DNA of 64,000 nucleotides from Macrostomum lignano (Eukaryota), in assembly GCA_002269645.1 (NCBI GenBank), contig NIVC01003761.1, positions 1-64,000 on the forward strand, given 5' to 3'. How positions within the stretch are numbered: position 1 is the first letter of the stretch; the number at the start of each line of letters is the position of its first letter. Under the pieces are notes generated by a model. It was not told the DNA's origin and searched no databases. It saw nothing but the letters and a program-made list of their open reading frames with translations. Position numbers and translations under genes: made by a program. Of the stretch, positions 22,072 through 38,567 are shown in pieces.

Positions 22072-24019
22072 ATGAACGGCGCCAGCAAGAACCAAAGCCG
22101 CAGAAGGCGAAGGCTTCTATGGACAATTCTAAGAGTTCTCGGTTGGTCCGTGCTGGGAGCTGTCTGGTCTTACTGGCTAGTCGGCTCGTTGAAGTTGATG
22201 CACCAGACTGCAGATCCTGGACCGTCAACAACAAGGGAGCCCGACGAAGCCCAAGGCTGGCGACTCTATCAGTTCAACGAGTCAGCAAGTCGGCTGATTA
22301 GCCCCGATCGCGATATCGGAGATCCCAGATCCCAAGCGTGTCGATTAGCCGCTGACGGTGACAATGACGTCATAATGCCTCAAGCCTCTGTAATAATCTG
22401 CTTTCACAACGAAGCCTGGAGTGTACTGCTCAGAACTGTACACTCGGTGCTCAACAGGTCGCCGAGAGAATCAGTTGCCGAGATCCTTCTAGTAGACGAC
22501 GCTTCGACATTGGAACATCTGGGAAAGCCACTTGAAGTACAGCTTAAGAAAGAGAGGTTTTCAGTTACTGATTGTTTTCATTGAACGCCCTACTGTGTTC
22601 GTGCTTTTACACTTTGCAGTGCACGAAAATTATTGTCCTGCGATTTGAGCGCCTTTAGAACCAACCCTCATGCACTGAATTGCAGAAAGCCAGAGATTTA
22701 TGTTAGGGTTTGGTTAGTTTAAGTCTATAAAGGTAAAGGTTTAGATACGGACTTAAGTACCTAGGTAGGTAGCGGCTTATGTTAGGGCTTAATGACAATA
22801 ATAATTTATTACACCTGTCCTAATGGGCAGATGTGCAACCGACAGCTCAGCCGCGGCTGAATTGCGCGGCGCATCTGAACGCTGCGTACGGCTGTTCAGT
22901 CCAAGGACTGGGGGTCGCCACTTCAATCCCCATTTACCCCAGCTAATGCTGGCACCCATTTTACAGCTGGGTGAACTGAAGCAATGCAGAGTTAAGTGTC
23001 TTGCTCAAAGACACAAAATGTTCCGAATGGGTCGAGAATCGAACCCCCGACCTTTCAGTCGTGAGTCCGACGCTCTAACCACTACGAGAGTAGGCTACAA
23101 CCCCTCGGGTTGGGCTTAGGGGTTAAATTAGGGTTGAAATTTCGGTTGGGGCGTAAAGCCAACAAGGGAGTCAACTGCTGAGTAGTGTCATGTAAGTGTC
23201 TACAAGTCAAATAAATGCTCGGCTGCCAAATTGGGGCAATAAAATGTCACGGCACCTTGCAGGTACGGCGGTAGAGTTCGCGTAATGCGCACCGACACTC
23301 GTCAAGGTCTCATCCGGGCTCGTCTTCTGGGCGCTCGCGCCGCCAAAGCCGCTGCTCTGGTGTTCCTGGACTCGCATTGCGAGTGCGCACCTGGCTGGCT
23401 GTCGCCTCTGCTACGCCGACTCGCCGTCAAACCTCTCGCCGTGGTGACCCCAGTCATTGCCACCATCGACGACAAGACATTTGAGTTCAGGCCTCCGCCT
23501 CGAACGTTCTTTCTAATCGGCAGTTTCGACTGGACATTGCAGTTTGTCTGGCGACGGCTGAGACCGAGGCCACCGCTGAACAGCACCGAGCCGGTGGCCA
23601 GTCCCACCATGGCTGGCGGCCTGTTTGCCATCATGCGAGCCAATTTCTACCGCCTAGGCGGCTATGATCCCGGATTCAACGTCTGGGGCGCCGAGAATCT
23701 CGAGCTAAGCTTCAAAGCCTGGATGTGCGGCGGCAGAGTAGAGATCCACCCCTGCTCAATAGTTGGTCACGTGTTTCGGCACAAGTTTCCGTACAGCTTC
23801 GGCAATAACGGAGGCGATACGTTTCGTAGGAATACGGCTAGACTAGCTCGGGTGTGGATGGACGGCTACGCAAGGATGCACTACCGACAAGGCGGGCCTC
23901 CACCGGCTGATATTGGCGACGTGTCTGACAGAGTAGCCCTGCGGCAGCGGCTGCGCTGTCACAGTTTTGATTGGTACGTGCGGACAGTCTATCGTCCGGA
24001 GCCGAGGAGTACGCGTTGA
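22072..24019 (+). CDS. GALNT: Polypeptide N-acetylgalactosaminyltransferase (GT27), 2 exons (22072-22556, 23263-24019), no ricin lectin domain found
   Basis: N-terminal TM anchor. Motifs ASVIICFHNEAWSVLLRTVHSVLNRSP, EILLVDDAS, GLIRARL.GA, VFLDSHCE (DxH), SPTMAGGLF, YDPGFNVWGAENLELSFK.WMCGG, PCS.VGHVFR. Phase-2 intron 22557-23262. Confidence 0.93.
22796..23104 (-). mobile_element. tRNA-derived CORE-type SINE, copy 1 (GALNT intron)
   Basis: On the minus strand: tRNA-like head with A box (GTAGTGGTTAGAGCG) and B box (GGTTCGATTC), CORE-like GTGTCTTTGAGCAAGACACTTAAC...CAGCTGTAAAATGGG, and an (AAT)n-type tail. Homologous copies at 55664 and 61964. Confidence 0.85.
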
Positions 24020-24721
24020 TAAGGCAAACTAATGACTATATTGAAATCATACTTGATGCTTTGTAGCCCACAGAGATGAATAGTGAGGACAAGGAAGACG
24101 GGAAAACTAGAAAGGCCAAAGAAAGGTCGGCCATTGGCAGACAGGCGATTCTCAAGTTTTTGGAGTTGTTCTTCAAGTCCTTTCAAGAGTATTCGCATGA
24201 TTGTGACTTGGTAAGATGATTACTTCACGTAGGCCCACGTTAAAGAGTAACATTTTAACACTCTTATACTGCTTAAGTAAGTTTGGCGTACGATTATTGC
24301 TTTAATAGATTAAGTAAAGTACACAAAGTGAAGGAACTTTATGAAAAGTTTGTAATCAAATTATAAAAGTTTGAGGACTGCAAAAACTGGTTTCGGCATT
24401 TTGTATTTAATACATGTTAAAACAAAATTAGATAGTTTGAAATGCAACCAACTATAGTCATTGTGTGTCAGGTTTAGAATATTTAAAAAAAACTACAAAT
24501 ATCGTAGATTCTGCACTGCATTCAGAATATTCAATTTCTATGAAAAACTTTCAATTGAAAAAACCAATTCAACTATAAAAGATTGGAACACATCAAAACA
24601 TCTGCTGCTAAATATATACTTCAAAATTATGATACGAAATTATTGAAATGCACTTTACAGACGAGACTTAGGAAAACTCTTGATTTCAAAGCACAAAATT
24701 ATTGGGCTTCAGAAGCCTTAT

Positions 24722-25481
24722 CAGTACGTCAGCATCCATCTTTACACCAGCACCCACCCCATCAGTACACTAGCACCCACCCCATCAATACACCAGCACC
24801 CACCCCATCAGTACACCAGCACCCACCATCAGTACACCAGCACCCACCCCATCAGTACACCAGCACCCACCATCAGTACACCAGCACCCACCCCATCAGT
24901 ACACCAGCACCCACCATCAGTACACCAGCACCCACCCCATCAGTACACCAGCACCCACCCCATCAGTACACCAGCACCCACCATCAGTACACCAGCACCC
25001 ACCATCAGTACACCAGCACCACCATCAGTACAGCAGCACCCACCATCAGTACAGCAGCACCCACCATCAGTACACCAGCACCACCATCAGTACAGCAGCA
25101 CCCACCATCAGTACAGCAGCACCCACCATCAGTACACCAGCACCCACCATCAGTACAGCAGCACCCACAATCAGTACAGCAGCACCCAACCATCAGTACA
25201 CCAGCACCACCATCAGTACACCAGCACCAACCATCAGTACAGCAGCACCCACAATCAGTACAGCAGCACCCAACCATCAGTACACCAGCACCACCATCAG
25301 TACACCAGCACCAACCATCAGTACACCAGCACCCACCATCAGTACACCAGCACCAACCATCAGTACACCAGCACCCACCATCAGTACACCAGCACCCACC
25401 ATCAGTACACCAGCACCCACCATCAGTACACCAGCACCCACCATCAGTACACCAGCACCCACCATCAGTACACCAGCACCC
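24722..25481. repeat. 21-bp minisatellite (CAGTACACCAGCACCCACCAT), about 35 units, forming the ESCO 3' flank
   Basis: Tandem units; the first unit overlaps the ESCO stop codon. Confidence 0.95.
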
Positions 25482-26985
25482 ACTCGTCCCCGCCGACATA
25501 GTCTCTAGCTAGCAGATAGCCGCTAGGACTGGGCGAGCAGAATGCCACGCGTTTTCTATCGGGCAGCAGGCCCGGACACAGAGCCTGGCGAGCCGCGTCC
25601 AGCAGGGCCGTCGCCACGCCAGTTCGTCGCTGATCTGAACGACACCAGATCTGGTAGATGCCGCATGAGGCTGGCACGAGAATCTCGGATTGATAGTAAG
25701 CTAGTGGTGGACTTCTGGACTTTACAATTTGATCCAACTCTCCATTACAGTTTCCGACATTGATGTTTCCGTCGAAACTTCCGGTACCAGCATCTCCAAT
25801 GCAACTTCCGGTACCAGCATCTCCAATGCAACTTCCGGTACCAGCATCTCCAATGCAACTTCCGGTGCCAGCATCTCCAATGCAACTTCCGGTACCAGCA
25901 TCTCCAATGCAACTTCCGGTACCAGCATCTCCAATGCAACTTCCGGTACCAGCATCTCCAATGCAACTTCCGGTACCAGCATCTCCAATGCAACTTCCGG
26001 TACCAGCATCTCCAATGCAACTTCCGGTACCAGCATCTCCAATGCAACTTCCGGTGCCAGCATCTCCAATGCAACTTCCGGTACCAGCATCTCCAATGCA
26101 ACTTCCGGTACCAGCATCTCCAATGCAACTTCCGGTGCCAGCATCTCCAATGCAACTTCCGGTACCAGCATCTCCAATGCAACTTCCGGTACCAGCATCT
26201 CCAATGCAACTTCCGGTACCAGCATCTCCAATGCAACTTCCGGTACCAGCATCTCCAATGCAACTTCCGGTACCAGCATCTCCAATGCAACTTCCGGTAC
26301 CAGCATCTCCAAAGCAACTTCCGGTACCAGCATCTCCAATGCAACTTCCGGTACCAGCATCTCCAATGCAATTTCCGGCGCCTAAATCCTTACGGAGTCC
26401 AGAATTACTTCCGGTGCTGATAGCATTTCTCGTTCCAGCGTTTTTATCGTTTCCGCCAGGCAGAGCAATCCGATAAGCTCGCCGAATCGGCTCAACCAAG
26501 CAGCAGCCGACGATACCGCAGCCCGGCCGGACAAACATCAGCGCCAGCCGGTCGGGAAGTCCGGCCTCTCGCCAGCAGGTCACGTCGTTGTCGTCCTCGA
26601 GGTCGCCGGCTCCGACGCCAGCCAGGTCGCGTCGCATCAGACGAACGGCGGCGAGCTCGGCGGCCGATGGACGACAATCATTGCCGATACGAACAATTCT
26701 GTCGCCGTTGAAAAACGCTTTCACAATTGGTCGACGCTCGCGCCAAAGAGTTTTGTTATAATCGACGTAGGCGTCTAGTCGGTTGCTATGGAAACGAAGG
26801 TGTTTTTGCACGTCGGACGAGCGAGCGGCTGAGTAGATCATGCCGCACTGATTGCACGATTCGAGTCCCGGACTGCGGCTGCGACCTGTAGGACTCGAGC
26901 GGCAGGTTCGTTGCTCAAGCTGCATACGTCTTCGAGTCATCTTACCATGAGTAGATAAGGCCCGTTGAGATCGAGACGAGTGCAT
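25465..26985 (-). CDS. ESCO1/2: ESCO/Eco1 cohesin acetyltransferase (C2H2 finger plus GNAT domain) carrying a 22x(IGDAGTGSC) insert
   Basis: CNQCGMIY....D...H..FH finger; IVGCCLVEPIRRAYR; CGIYQIW....RR.GVATALLDAAR; VAFCSPSPSG; C-terminal VLVY. The exact start and possible 5' exons are uncertain. Confidence 0.9.
   Translation of the reverse strand: MHSSRSQRALSTHGKMTRRRMQLEQRTCRSSPTGRSRSPGLESCNQCGMIYSAARSSDVQKHLRFHSNRLDAYVDYNKTLWRERRPIVKAFFNGDRIVRIGNDCRPSAAELAAVRLMRRDLAGVGAGDLEDDNDVTCWREAGLPDRLALMFVRPGCGIVGCCLVEPIRRAYRIALPGGNDKNAGTRNAISTGSNSGLRKDLGAGNCIGDAGTGSCIGDAGTGSCFGDAGTGSCIGDAGTGSCIGDAGTGSCIGDAGTGSCIGDAGTGSCIGDAGTGSCIGDAGTGSCIGDAGTGSCIGDAGTGSCIGDAGTGSCIGDAGTGSCIGDAGTGSCIGDAGTGSCIGDAGTGSCIGDAGTGSCIGDAGTGSCIGDAGTGSCIGDAGTGSCIGDAGTGSCIGDAGTGSFDGNINVGNCNGELDQIVKSRSPPLAYYQSEILVPASCGIYQIWCRSDQRRTGVATALLDAARQALCPGLLPDRKRVAFCSPSPSGYLLARDYVGGDEWVLVY
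25777..26370. repeat. 27-bp tandem repeat, exactly 22 units, in frame within ESCO
   Basis: Unit ACTTCCGGTACCAGCATCTCCAATGCA; 594 bp = 22 x 27. Confidence 0.97.
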
Positions 26986-27232
26986 TACAACTTTGCTGCA
27001 AACAGTAAAACAACTTTTGTGTTATTCCCAATTCTGCAGCAGCTCTCTGGCTAAAAGACAATCATGTAGAGAATTTAAAACTGCACGTATGTTAGTGTAT
27101 TCTAGTCGCAGAACTTCATTGATTTGCTGTCTAATTTTTATTTTAAATTTGGGATAGAGAATTTCAAATGAAAACTCAACGACTACTCAAGTAGAAGGAC
27201 GACAAACTATGTTAATTCTTAGACAAAATTAA

Positions 27233-27834
27233 GGAAGCTGGTTTTCGCCGAAAAATACACTGCGGAGATATTTTACACTACGAAAGAACTTTTCATTTCT
27301 TCCCTATTAAAATTGTTATTGCTTTCGATTGAAGGCAGACCCAATTTGTTCATCTTTTGATATTTTCTGCTTTTCTTATAGCTCTGTTTGATATTCATAA
27401 AGCCTTTCATTCAGAAAATTAGGATTCTATACGTTAATTTTTAATTCTACGTGAATTACGTCTCATGCCTAAAAAATAATTAAAATGGCACAGCTCAGCT
27501 CTTGCTCTATAAACCTATTTTATCATTCTTAGCTGACTGTATAACAATATGTGTAACAGAGATGATAAAATAGATTCATAAAACCATAAAGAGAGTCAAG
27601 CTGTGCCATGTATTTTTATGAATTTTAGATACAGGAAGAAATTGACATCGAATTCTAACTTTCAGAACGAATAGCTTTATGAATATCAATAAAAGCTATG
27701 AGAAAGGCAAAGCATATCAAAAGATGAAAATTGGTTCTGCCTCCTATCAAAAGCAATAACAATTTATTTTGCTGAAAAAATGAAAAGTTTTCATCTCCGT
27801 AAGCTAGTATATTTTTCGGCGAAAACCAGCCTCC
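27233..27834. mobile_element. Non-autonomous foldback/MITE element with TTAA TSD and GG..CC termini (Kolobok-like)
   Basis: TTAA|GGAAGCTGGTTTTCGCCGAAAAATA ... TATTTTTCGGCGAAAACCAGCCTCC|TTAA. Imperfect inverted symmetry continues for more than 200 bp and further into the centre. Confidence 0.8.
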
Positions 27835-28957
27835 TTAACATTTTCTAAGACTCTGAGGAAAAATATCTGATATATGATGTAACTAAATGAACTGATCATT
27901 TATACAACAAAATAATTGTGAGAAAGCAAAGATTACAATAATTATATCACACGACAATGCAGAAAGCCAGACACAAAAATGTCTTAATCTTAGAATGGAA
28001 ATAGCTAGCTTATAATAAGCATTTATTTCTATTCAAATTTTAAAAAATGAACTTTGCAACAAAACAGATTTTTAAACAAAGAAATACGATAAAATACGAC
28101 ACAAACGATTCATAGATAAAACACAAAAATACAACTTTTTTCTATCTCAAATAATTCAACGAATACAAATTCCAAAAAATAAAAAAAATATCTTAATAGT
28201 AGCCACTAAAATGGTTTTCTTAAATCTACAATTTGGATATATTTGATGGAGTGAATTGTCTGAAAAATTTAACTGCCAGAACTGTGGACTTTATTTTTTA
28301 AATATTTTATATTGGGAACCTAGTTTATTAAAAAATGAAGAGGTAATAAGGTAACCCAATAAGTTGGAAAACTATTTCTATAAGATTTATTCACAGAGAG
28401 TATTTCTGTACAGACGTTTCTAGCTAAAAGTTTATGGTACTACTTTTTATAGAAACATAATAATAATAATAATAATGATAATAATGATATTTTACTTAAA
28501 TAATTTTTCAAATCAATATATAAAAATCAATAAAAATCTAAAAGAAAATAATAAAGCAGCTGACTAGACGATGCAGTGAAAATTAAAACAAACAGCTGGG
28601 CTGTAAAACTTTAAGTTGGTAATTGAAGAATCAGCAATGCAACAAAAAAATTGTACTACTCAGACTAGCTATAATTACAAGCTGATTCACATCATTAACA
28701 CAGAGCTGGGGGCAAGACCTCAAAAATATGAAAAAGAAAACAGAAAAAAATCAGCAGGGCTTCTAGTAATCCAAAGTGAGTTAATAATGTTGTTAGTACT
28801 GAATTCAATACAATTGAATGTCTTTACGAATCGTAGCTTCAAGTTTGACAGTTTTGATTTTTTAAGGACATTTTTGTCGATTTCAACGACATTTTCTGGC
28901 TCTATACCCATGAAGAGAGATCTAAATGTGGTCTTCAATATAGCGGTGCTTTTAGTA

Positions 28958-30077
28958 GCGCCAGCACCAGAGGCGCCAGCACCAGAGGCGCCAGCACCAG
29001 AGGCGCCAGCACCAGAGGCGCCAGCACCAGAGGCGCCAGCACCAGAGGCGCCAGCACCAGAGGCGCCAGCACCAGAGGCGCCAGCACCAGAGGCGCCAGC
29101 ACCAGAGGCGCCAGCACCAGAGGCGCCAGCACCAGAGGCGCCAGCACCAGAGGCGCCAGCACCAGAGGCGCCAGCACCAGAGGCGCCAGCACCAGAGGCG
29201 CCAGCACCAGAGGCGCCAGCACCAGAGGCGCCAGCACCAGAGGCGCCAGCACCAGAGGCGCCAGCACCAGAGGCGCCAGCACCAGAGGCGCCAGCACCAG
29301 AGGCGCCAGCACCAGAGGCGCCAGCACCAGAGGCGCCAGCACCAGAGGCGCCAGCACCAGAGGCGCCAGCACCAGAGGCGCCAGCACCAGAGGCGCCAGC
29401 ACCAGAGGCGCCAGCACCAGAGGCGCCAGCACCAGAGGCGCCAGCACCAGAGGCGCCAGCACCAGAGGCGCCAGCACCAGAGGCGCCAGCACCAGAGGCG
29501 CCAGCACCAGAGGCGCCAGCACCAGAGGCGCCAGCACCAGAGGCGCCAGCACCAGAGGCGCCAGCACCAGAGGCGCCAGCACCAGAGGCGCCAGCACCAG
29601 AGGCGCCAGCACCAGAGGCGCCAGCACCAGAGGCGCCAGCACCAGAGGCGCCAGCACCAGAGGCGCCAGCACCAGAGGCGCCAGCACCAGAGGCGCCAGC
29701 ACCAGAGGCGCCAGCACCAGAGGCGCCAGCACCAGAGGCGCCAGCACCAGAGGCGCCAGCACCAGGGGCGCCAGCACCAGAGGCGCCAGCACCAGAGGCG
29801 CCAGCACCAGAGGCGCCAGCACCAGAGGCGCCAGCACCAGAGGCGCCAGCACCAGAGGCGCCAGCACCAGAGGCGCCAGCACCAGAGGCGCCAGCACCAG
29901 AGGCGCCAGCACCAGAGGCGCCAGCACCAGAGGCGCCAGCACCAGAGGCGCCAGCACCAGAGGCGCCAGCACCAGAGGCGCCAGCACCAGAGGCGCCAGC
30001 ATCAGAGGCGCCAGCATCAGAGGCGCCAGCACCAGAGGCGCCAGCACCAGAGGCGCCAGCACCAGAGGCGCCAGCAC
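28958..30077. repeat. 15-bp minisatellite (GCGCCAGCACCAGAG)n, about 74 units
   Basis: Nearly perfect array; the (APEAP)n and (LAPLV)n ORFs are repeat translations. Confidence 0.97.
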
Positions 30078-30443
30078 TGTTTGTGTGACAATGTCGCTAA
30101 TTCCCCAGGAAATCCATTACCTCACTGATGATACGCTCGTACACATAACGATAGTGCTTATTAAGACCAAATACGCACACACTTAAGAAGCCATCATATT
30201 GTACCCGCAAAGATATAACAGGACAAAAATGATTCGCTAATCAAAAAGCACAACACAAACAATAAAATACTGTCAGTTGCAACGAAAAAGCGTTTATCTA
30301 GCTAATCTAATCATATAGATTGTGACTTGATTGACAGTTTATACTGTACTGGTGGAATTCAATTATCTGAATGAAGGTAAATGACAGTAGCTCTCATCAG
30401 GTCCTCAGGCAACATCGCGTTGTCAGGCTAAAAAACTGGCTAA

Positions 30444-35277
<4,834 letters not shown>

Positions 35278-37482
35278 GCTTTTTAAGTGTGTTTGTTGAT
35301 TTATTAATTTACAGATAAAGAATTCTTTGGAAACTATTTGTACTGGAAGCAAAGACAAAGTCAAGATGATTTATAAAGCCGTTCAAGAATTTTTATGCAC
35401 GAGGTATAACTCAACAGAGACTAGCTAAAACTTTAAAATGAACGTTGTTAAAGTTATATAAAACTGTTGACTCAAAAAATGAGATAAATTTATTTAGGAT
35501 AAAATTTAATCTCTTGTATATATGCATTCAATAGAAATTGAATAGGAATGACTGTAACAAAACATTGACATTATATTCTTATCGAAAGCATACATGTAAT
35601 ATAAAATCAGAAATATGAATACTTTATTTTATTAATCTCTTTTTATGACTTATATTGGGGCTGTTTAAATATTTCAAAAGGTGAGAAAGAAAATGGATAG
35701 ATGTAATACCATATTTGGCATATAGCCTACTAAAAAATAATAGTTGTATTAATTAAATGATTAACTAGATAACAAGCAAATAAATGTTAGGGAATAGATA
35801 TATTTATGACGCGGGCAAAAGCTCCCTTGTATTAGCAGAGTGTATGTATGACGAAGCCTAATAAAGAGATTACTTAATAAAGTAAGTTTCCTATACTGTA
35901 GTAAAACATTATCAGATACTACAAAATTTTAATTAATCAAACCTAGATGATTGGACTTTAGGAAAAAAGAAGAATACTGTGTGTTATCAATTTTGTGAAT
36001 AAACTTTCTATTCCTAATCTTAATTAAATTAAGAAGAAGAATCATAGAATTATTTAGATTAAGGTTTCAAACCCAGATATAACATTTAATATATAACACG
36101 TAAACTTAGATGCATCATTAGGATGTTTACTTAGCATCAAAACCCTGCTAAGCTAAAAACGCGTTATTAAAATCCATGCAAGTACATAAAACTAGCACAT
36201 AATTAAATTGATGGTTGTTAGTAGGTCATTAGAATAAAAACTTGAAAAATAAACATATTGACAAGAACAATACAATCGTTCAATTGATTAGTTGGTTTGA
36301 TCGAAAAGGGTTCTAGGATATGATTTTTTAATTCCCTAAAGTAAACAAGCTGCATAAATGTGCTAATATAACTTTGAAGTTGCAAAAGACTTTAAAAAGA
36401 AGTGATAAATCTCAGAGCGATGCGGCCCAGCGGCGATAACTAAAAAAAGCCTAACGATCGCAAATAATTTTTAAAAAGCTCTTACTTGTCACTTAATATC
36501 TTTAATTTTTCCTTTTTAGATATCAAAGCAAACTTTTTAAAAAATTTTATTAGTTAGCAAGTCATATCCGCTGAGAAATTTAATTAGTTTTGTTTACCAT
36601 TTTGTTTTAACTGTAATTTTCCGAGTTGCTGTAAGATTTACTTTAGGAAAAACTGTGGTCTCGAGGATAAGATTGGAATTCTGAAATTATTAATATAAAT
36701 ATAGTGCAACTAGGAATGGAAAATGATTTATTATTAATAATTAAACTTTGTTATATCGATCCGCTATGTTTTTGATAGCGTATTCTTTTGATCGAAAAAT
36801 GCCAGTCTTTCATTTAATTCTTCTCTTTATTCGAGTTTTTTCATTTACAAGACTCCCATATTTTTTAGATATAGAAAAATTCGCGGTCTCTTTAATATAA
36901 CAACCATTCGCTAGAGACATACATGAAGCTCAATAATGTACATGTACTCAATGGCATATGAGAGCGAGGTTAGTAAAAGCATACATACGTCAGTTTGAGG
37001 CAGGTATCTGACTTTAACTGGTTTGAAACCCCCCGCACCGGTCTGGCCTCGCTTTGGTGGTTTGGTTAGGTGCGGGTGCTCTGCGTGCGTGCGGGGCTTA
37101 GAGCTGCCTCCCCTCTCCACTCCATGCTATTTAGTCTGGCGTCGCGGCCGCTGAGTCGGCGTAATTTTGGCAAAATATTTTGTTTCGTTTTTAAATTACA
37201 AAAATATATATGCACTCGTAATCGACTTCATCACTTAAGGGGTTAACGCTTCTGAACCGGGTTTGCCGGTCTTTTGCTCTGCGTTTGTCTTTTGGGGTTT
37301 AAATGCGCATGTATTAAGTGCACATGAATGTGCATATGTACTTTTCACTTTCTACTTACATACTTCTTGTCATGTCAGTAGTATAAAGTCAGTATGATAA
37401 AATTTGCGTTCTAACATGTACATATGCAAATTCATGTACACAATAATATAGCGCCTTCGGTGCCAAAATGAGTGCTAACAAC

Positions 37483-37626
37483 CAGTCGCGTAGCCAGGAT
37501 TCACGTCAGGGGAGACAGAGACATAAATCCATCTCCGATAAAGGCGATGGAAGCAAAATACCAAGTAAGTAAAAAAATCCCCCCTCCAGGGGGTTATCCC
37601 AGTGTCCCCCCATGGCTACGCCCTTG
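37483..37626. mobile_element. hAT-type MITE (144 bp) with 8-bp TSD CTAACAAC
   Basis: TSD at 37475-37482 and 37627-37634; imperfect TIRs CAGTCGCGTAGCCA / TGGCTACGCCCTTG. Confidence 0.8.
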
Positions 37627-38567
37627 CTAACAACACCGATTTTAAAAATAATGTAGAAACTCTGGGCTTTCTCGTCCGCATACCATAATAATCCATGGCA
37701 ACGCCCCACATGGAATGATACTTCCAGAATACAGAATGTGGTATGGGAATTATTCCAGGCTGAATTTTAAGTTGGAGAAATTATAAAATCTCGGACGCCA
37801 AGTATAATTAGGCCCTCGACACGTACGTACATGTAGCTCTCGACTCGTTTTTTGCAATCTTTTCACCCTTTCTGTGCTAGCTATTCCCTTGTCTGTTAAT
37901 TGTAGTCAAGCTACTAGAACAGGTAATTATACTGAATTCTATACCACGAGAGCATTAATTGTATTTCCTTAAATGGAACCTCTGCTGGGCCAAAGAATGA
38001 AAGGATAAACTGCATTTACTGGTAAACGGAATACTCAAGAAATAAATATTTATGACTGCAGCCTAGCTTCGGACATATCGTATTCCGTCGCAGTGGTTAT
38101 GGGAATAGTAAATTTACTTATTAAGCTTGAATATTTCGCTGTATAGTCAGGGGCTGCAGCAGTGAGCAGCCCCAGTTGAGAATAGAATTGAGCACGTATT
38201 GTGTGCCTGGTCTCTGCTCGTGTTTAATAAAGAATTTTGCCTATTAACAATACAGTCAGCTTAGGCTCGGAGCTAAAGCCATTATTTAGCATTGAGTCGA
38301 GAGGCTGACTTCTGCGTACCGAGCTCCTATAATAAGTAGACCCGTGTGTTTACTCAACAACGCGTTTCGTCTTCTTTACTAATATTTGCACATTCAGCCG
38401 CTTCGGTTTTGAAAACAGTTTGGTCTATCGACAATTCCAATACTCAGAAACCGGTTGGAAGCCTGCCTGTAAACTGGGGGGGGGGGGCAGGCTTCTATAA
38501 AAACAGATTTCTCAAAAGTGAGATCCAAGTCTATTGTCTATTGCAGAAGAGACTCGATGGTCTCTAG

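Noticed and set aside
23030-23104. tRNA gene candidates (also near 55690 and 62220)
   Set aside because: The tRNA-like heads lack a paired acceptor stem and run into CORE-SINE bodies.
22690-23150. Scattered TTAGGG(TT) hexamers around SINE copy 1
   Set aside because: Few, non-tandem and intronic, so not an interstitial telomere; at most the remnant of an older repeat whose ends I could not define.
27370-27720. Similarity between CTTTCTCATAG in the foldback element and the 23-bp CCDC102 intron repeat
   Set aside because: Only an ~11-bp AT-rich match, compatible with chance.
28616-30088. 490-aa (APEAP)n ORF and the reverse (LAPLV)n ORF
   Set aside because: Translation of a stop-free 15-bp satellite that occurs elsewhere inside introns; the AT-rich N-terminus is non-coding-like.
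38345-38410. Penelope/hammerhead-like GAAACGCGT on the minus strand
   Set aside because: The required CUGANGA core and flanking stems are absent.
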